Positions 62,832-64,000 of a DNA stretch of 64,000 bases are shown here, piece after piece. Under the pieces are notes generated by a model. It did not search any database. It was not told the DNA's origin and worked only from the letters and a program-made list of their open reading frames with translations. A program made the translations under genes and the position numbers. How positions within the stretch are numbered: the stretch's first letter is position 1; each line of letters begins with the position of its first letter. Origin of the DNA: an uncultured Candidatus Saccharibacteria bacterium (GTDB taxonomy: Bacteria; Patescibacteriota; Saccharimonadia; Saccharimonadales; SZUA-47); NCBI GenBank assembly GCA_964536485.1, contig CAZHXX010000006.1, forward strand, positions 6,777 to 70,776. The letters are read 5' to 3'.

Positions 62832-64000
62832 TTTTAGGAAATTCGGGTCTGACAGTTGGCCTCGACGAGCATGGGTTTGTCCATGATTTTTATTATCCTT
62901 ACGTTGGGTTAGAGAACCTTACCACCTCACGCATGCAGCCACACCATGTCGGTGTTTGGGTGGACGGAGCCTTTAGCTGGCTCGATGATGGGAGCTGGAG
63001 TGGTATTGTCGACTTCGAAGACAAAAAGCTTATAAGTACCATTGCCCTTCACAACGAAAGCCTAGGTCTTCGCTTGCACATAAGTGATTTTGTTGATGCA
63101 AATCATGACATCTTTGCTCGAGAACTTACCTTCACCAATCTAAAAGACACGGCACGAGATGTGCGCGTATTCTTTCATCAAGTCTTTCAGATAAGCGCGC
63201 TTGGGAGAGCCGATACAGTCATGTATGTCCCAGAAGGCCCGTACATGCTTGACTATAAAGGACGCTGTAGCATTCTCGCCTACGCAGAGACACAAGACGG
63301 CACCCCGTTTGACCAATATGCCGCAGGTAATGCTGGTATAGAAGGCAAAGAAGGTACCTTTAGGGATGCAGAGGACGGCGAACTCTCGATGTCAGCCGTA
63401 GAGCATGGTGGCGTAGACTCAACGATTCGGGTAATGACATCCTTAGCACCACAAGAAAGTACCGTCGTTCGCTACTGGCTCGCGATATCTGACAGTCAGT
63501 CACGCCTCGAAAAAATGCATGAACTTATGGTCGACGGTGGGTTTGCACGCCGTAAGCACGCCACGGCGCAACACTGGCACGACTGGCTAGAAATAAGCGC
63601 GTCAAAGCTCAATACGCTTCCAGATGACTATGCAATTGCCGTCCGTAAATCGCTCATGGTGATTAAAGCACACACAGACGAACACGGTGGAATCATTGCA
63701 TCGTGTGACTCATCTATCTATAACTATGGCCGTGACTATTACAGCTATGTCTGGCCGAGAGACGGCGCATACGTTATGTGGCCTCTTATTAAGCTTGGCT
63801 ATGAGCACGAGCCCAAAGCATTCTTTAATTTTTGTCGCAGTATCATTACTCCAGACGGTTATTTGATGCACAAATACCAGCCAGATAGAGCGATAGGAAG
63901 TACCTGGCACCCACTTGTTCACGGAAAGCGCAAAGAACTAGCTATTCAAGAGGACGAAACCGCAATAGTCGTCTTCATGATGGCAGAATACTACCTAAAA
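62816..64000 (+). CDS. GH15 family glycoside hydrolase (glucoamylase-related), 3'-truncated by the window end
   Basis: Not in the track (no stop in the window). Own translation from ATG 62816: 'MARSVILGNSGLTVGLDEHGF...YSYVWPRDGAYV...IQEDETA', open to 64000. Confidence 0.8.
   Translation, partial: MARSVILGNSGLTVGLDEHGFVHDFYYPYVGLENLTTSRMQPHHVGVWVDGAFSWLDDGSWSGIVDFEDKKLISTIALHNESLGLRLHISDFVDANHDIFARELTFTNLKDTARDVRVFFHQVFQISALGRADTVMYVPEGPYMLDYKGRCSILAYAETQDGTPFDQYAAGNAGIEGKEGTFRDAEDGELSMSAVEHGGVDSTIRVMTSLAPQESTVVRYWLAISDSQSRLEKMHELMVDGGFARRKHATAQHWHDWLEISASKLNTLPDDYAIAVRKSLMVIKAHTDEHGGIIASCDSSIYNYGRDYYSYVWPRDGAYVMWPLIKLGYEHEPKAFFNFCRSIITPDGYLMHKYQPDRAIGSTWHPLVHGKRKELAIQEDETAIVVFMMAEYYLK

Overview
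This 64-kb window looks like a compact, small-genome bacterium. A Patescibacteria/CPR, Saccharibacteria-like origin is my inference from gene content only; no database search was possible.

About 80 protein genes are tightly packed, mostly on the minus strand.
- Clear housekeeping genes: cysS, nrnA-like DHH phosphoesterase, recR, ybaB, dnaB, dnaX, tdk, rplL, rplJ, rplA, rplK, nusG, secE, maf, typA and one tRNA-Trp.
- Envelope and glycan genes: three GT4, one GT2, a VanY-type peptidase, and a GT4/GH57/GH15 alpha-glucan cluster at the 3' end. The GH15 gene runs off the window.

Unusual content:
1. A ~475-nt (54014-54488) ORF-free, extremely helix-rich element closed by a long-range helix. It has two ~165-nt rod domains, two paralogous hairpins with palindromic CUGCAG loops, and a perfect 13-nt inter-domain complementarity. 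This is my best candidate for an undescribed large structured RNA. It sits upstream of small ORFans and a UmuC-like Y-family polymerase.
2. A decaying tandem array of tRNA-Trp units.
3. ~9.6 kb of cargo inserted between rplA and rplJ. It carries a dTTP-salvage operon (Nudix paralogs, dcd, an unknown gene, a Tmk-tandem-ThyX fusion) and a convergent pair of RelA/SpoT-family genes. One of that pair is split exactly at a canonical A_AAA_AAG -1 slippery heptamer.
4. rplK and rplA are separated by an unknown gene, and L1 carries a ~100-aa N-terminal extension.
5. A (CGACCAT)x9 heptamer microsatellite.
6. Gene remnants: a trehalase with its core deleted, and a remnant between nusG and rplK.
7. Many sigma70-like promoters positioned for leaderless mRNAs.

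All functional calls rest on motifs I recognised by eye. No alignments, folding energies or searches were computed.
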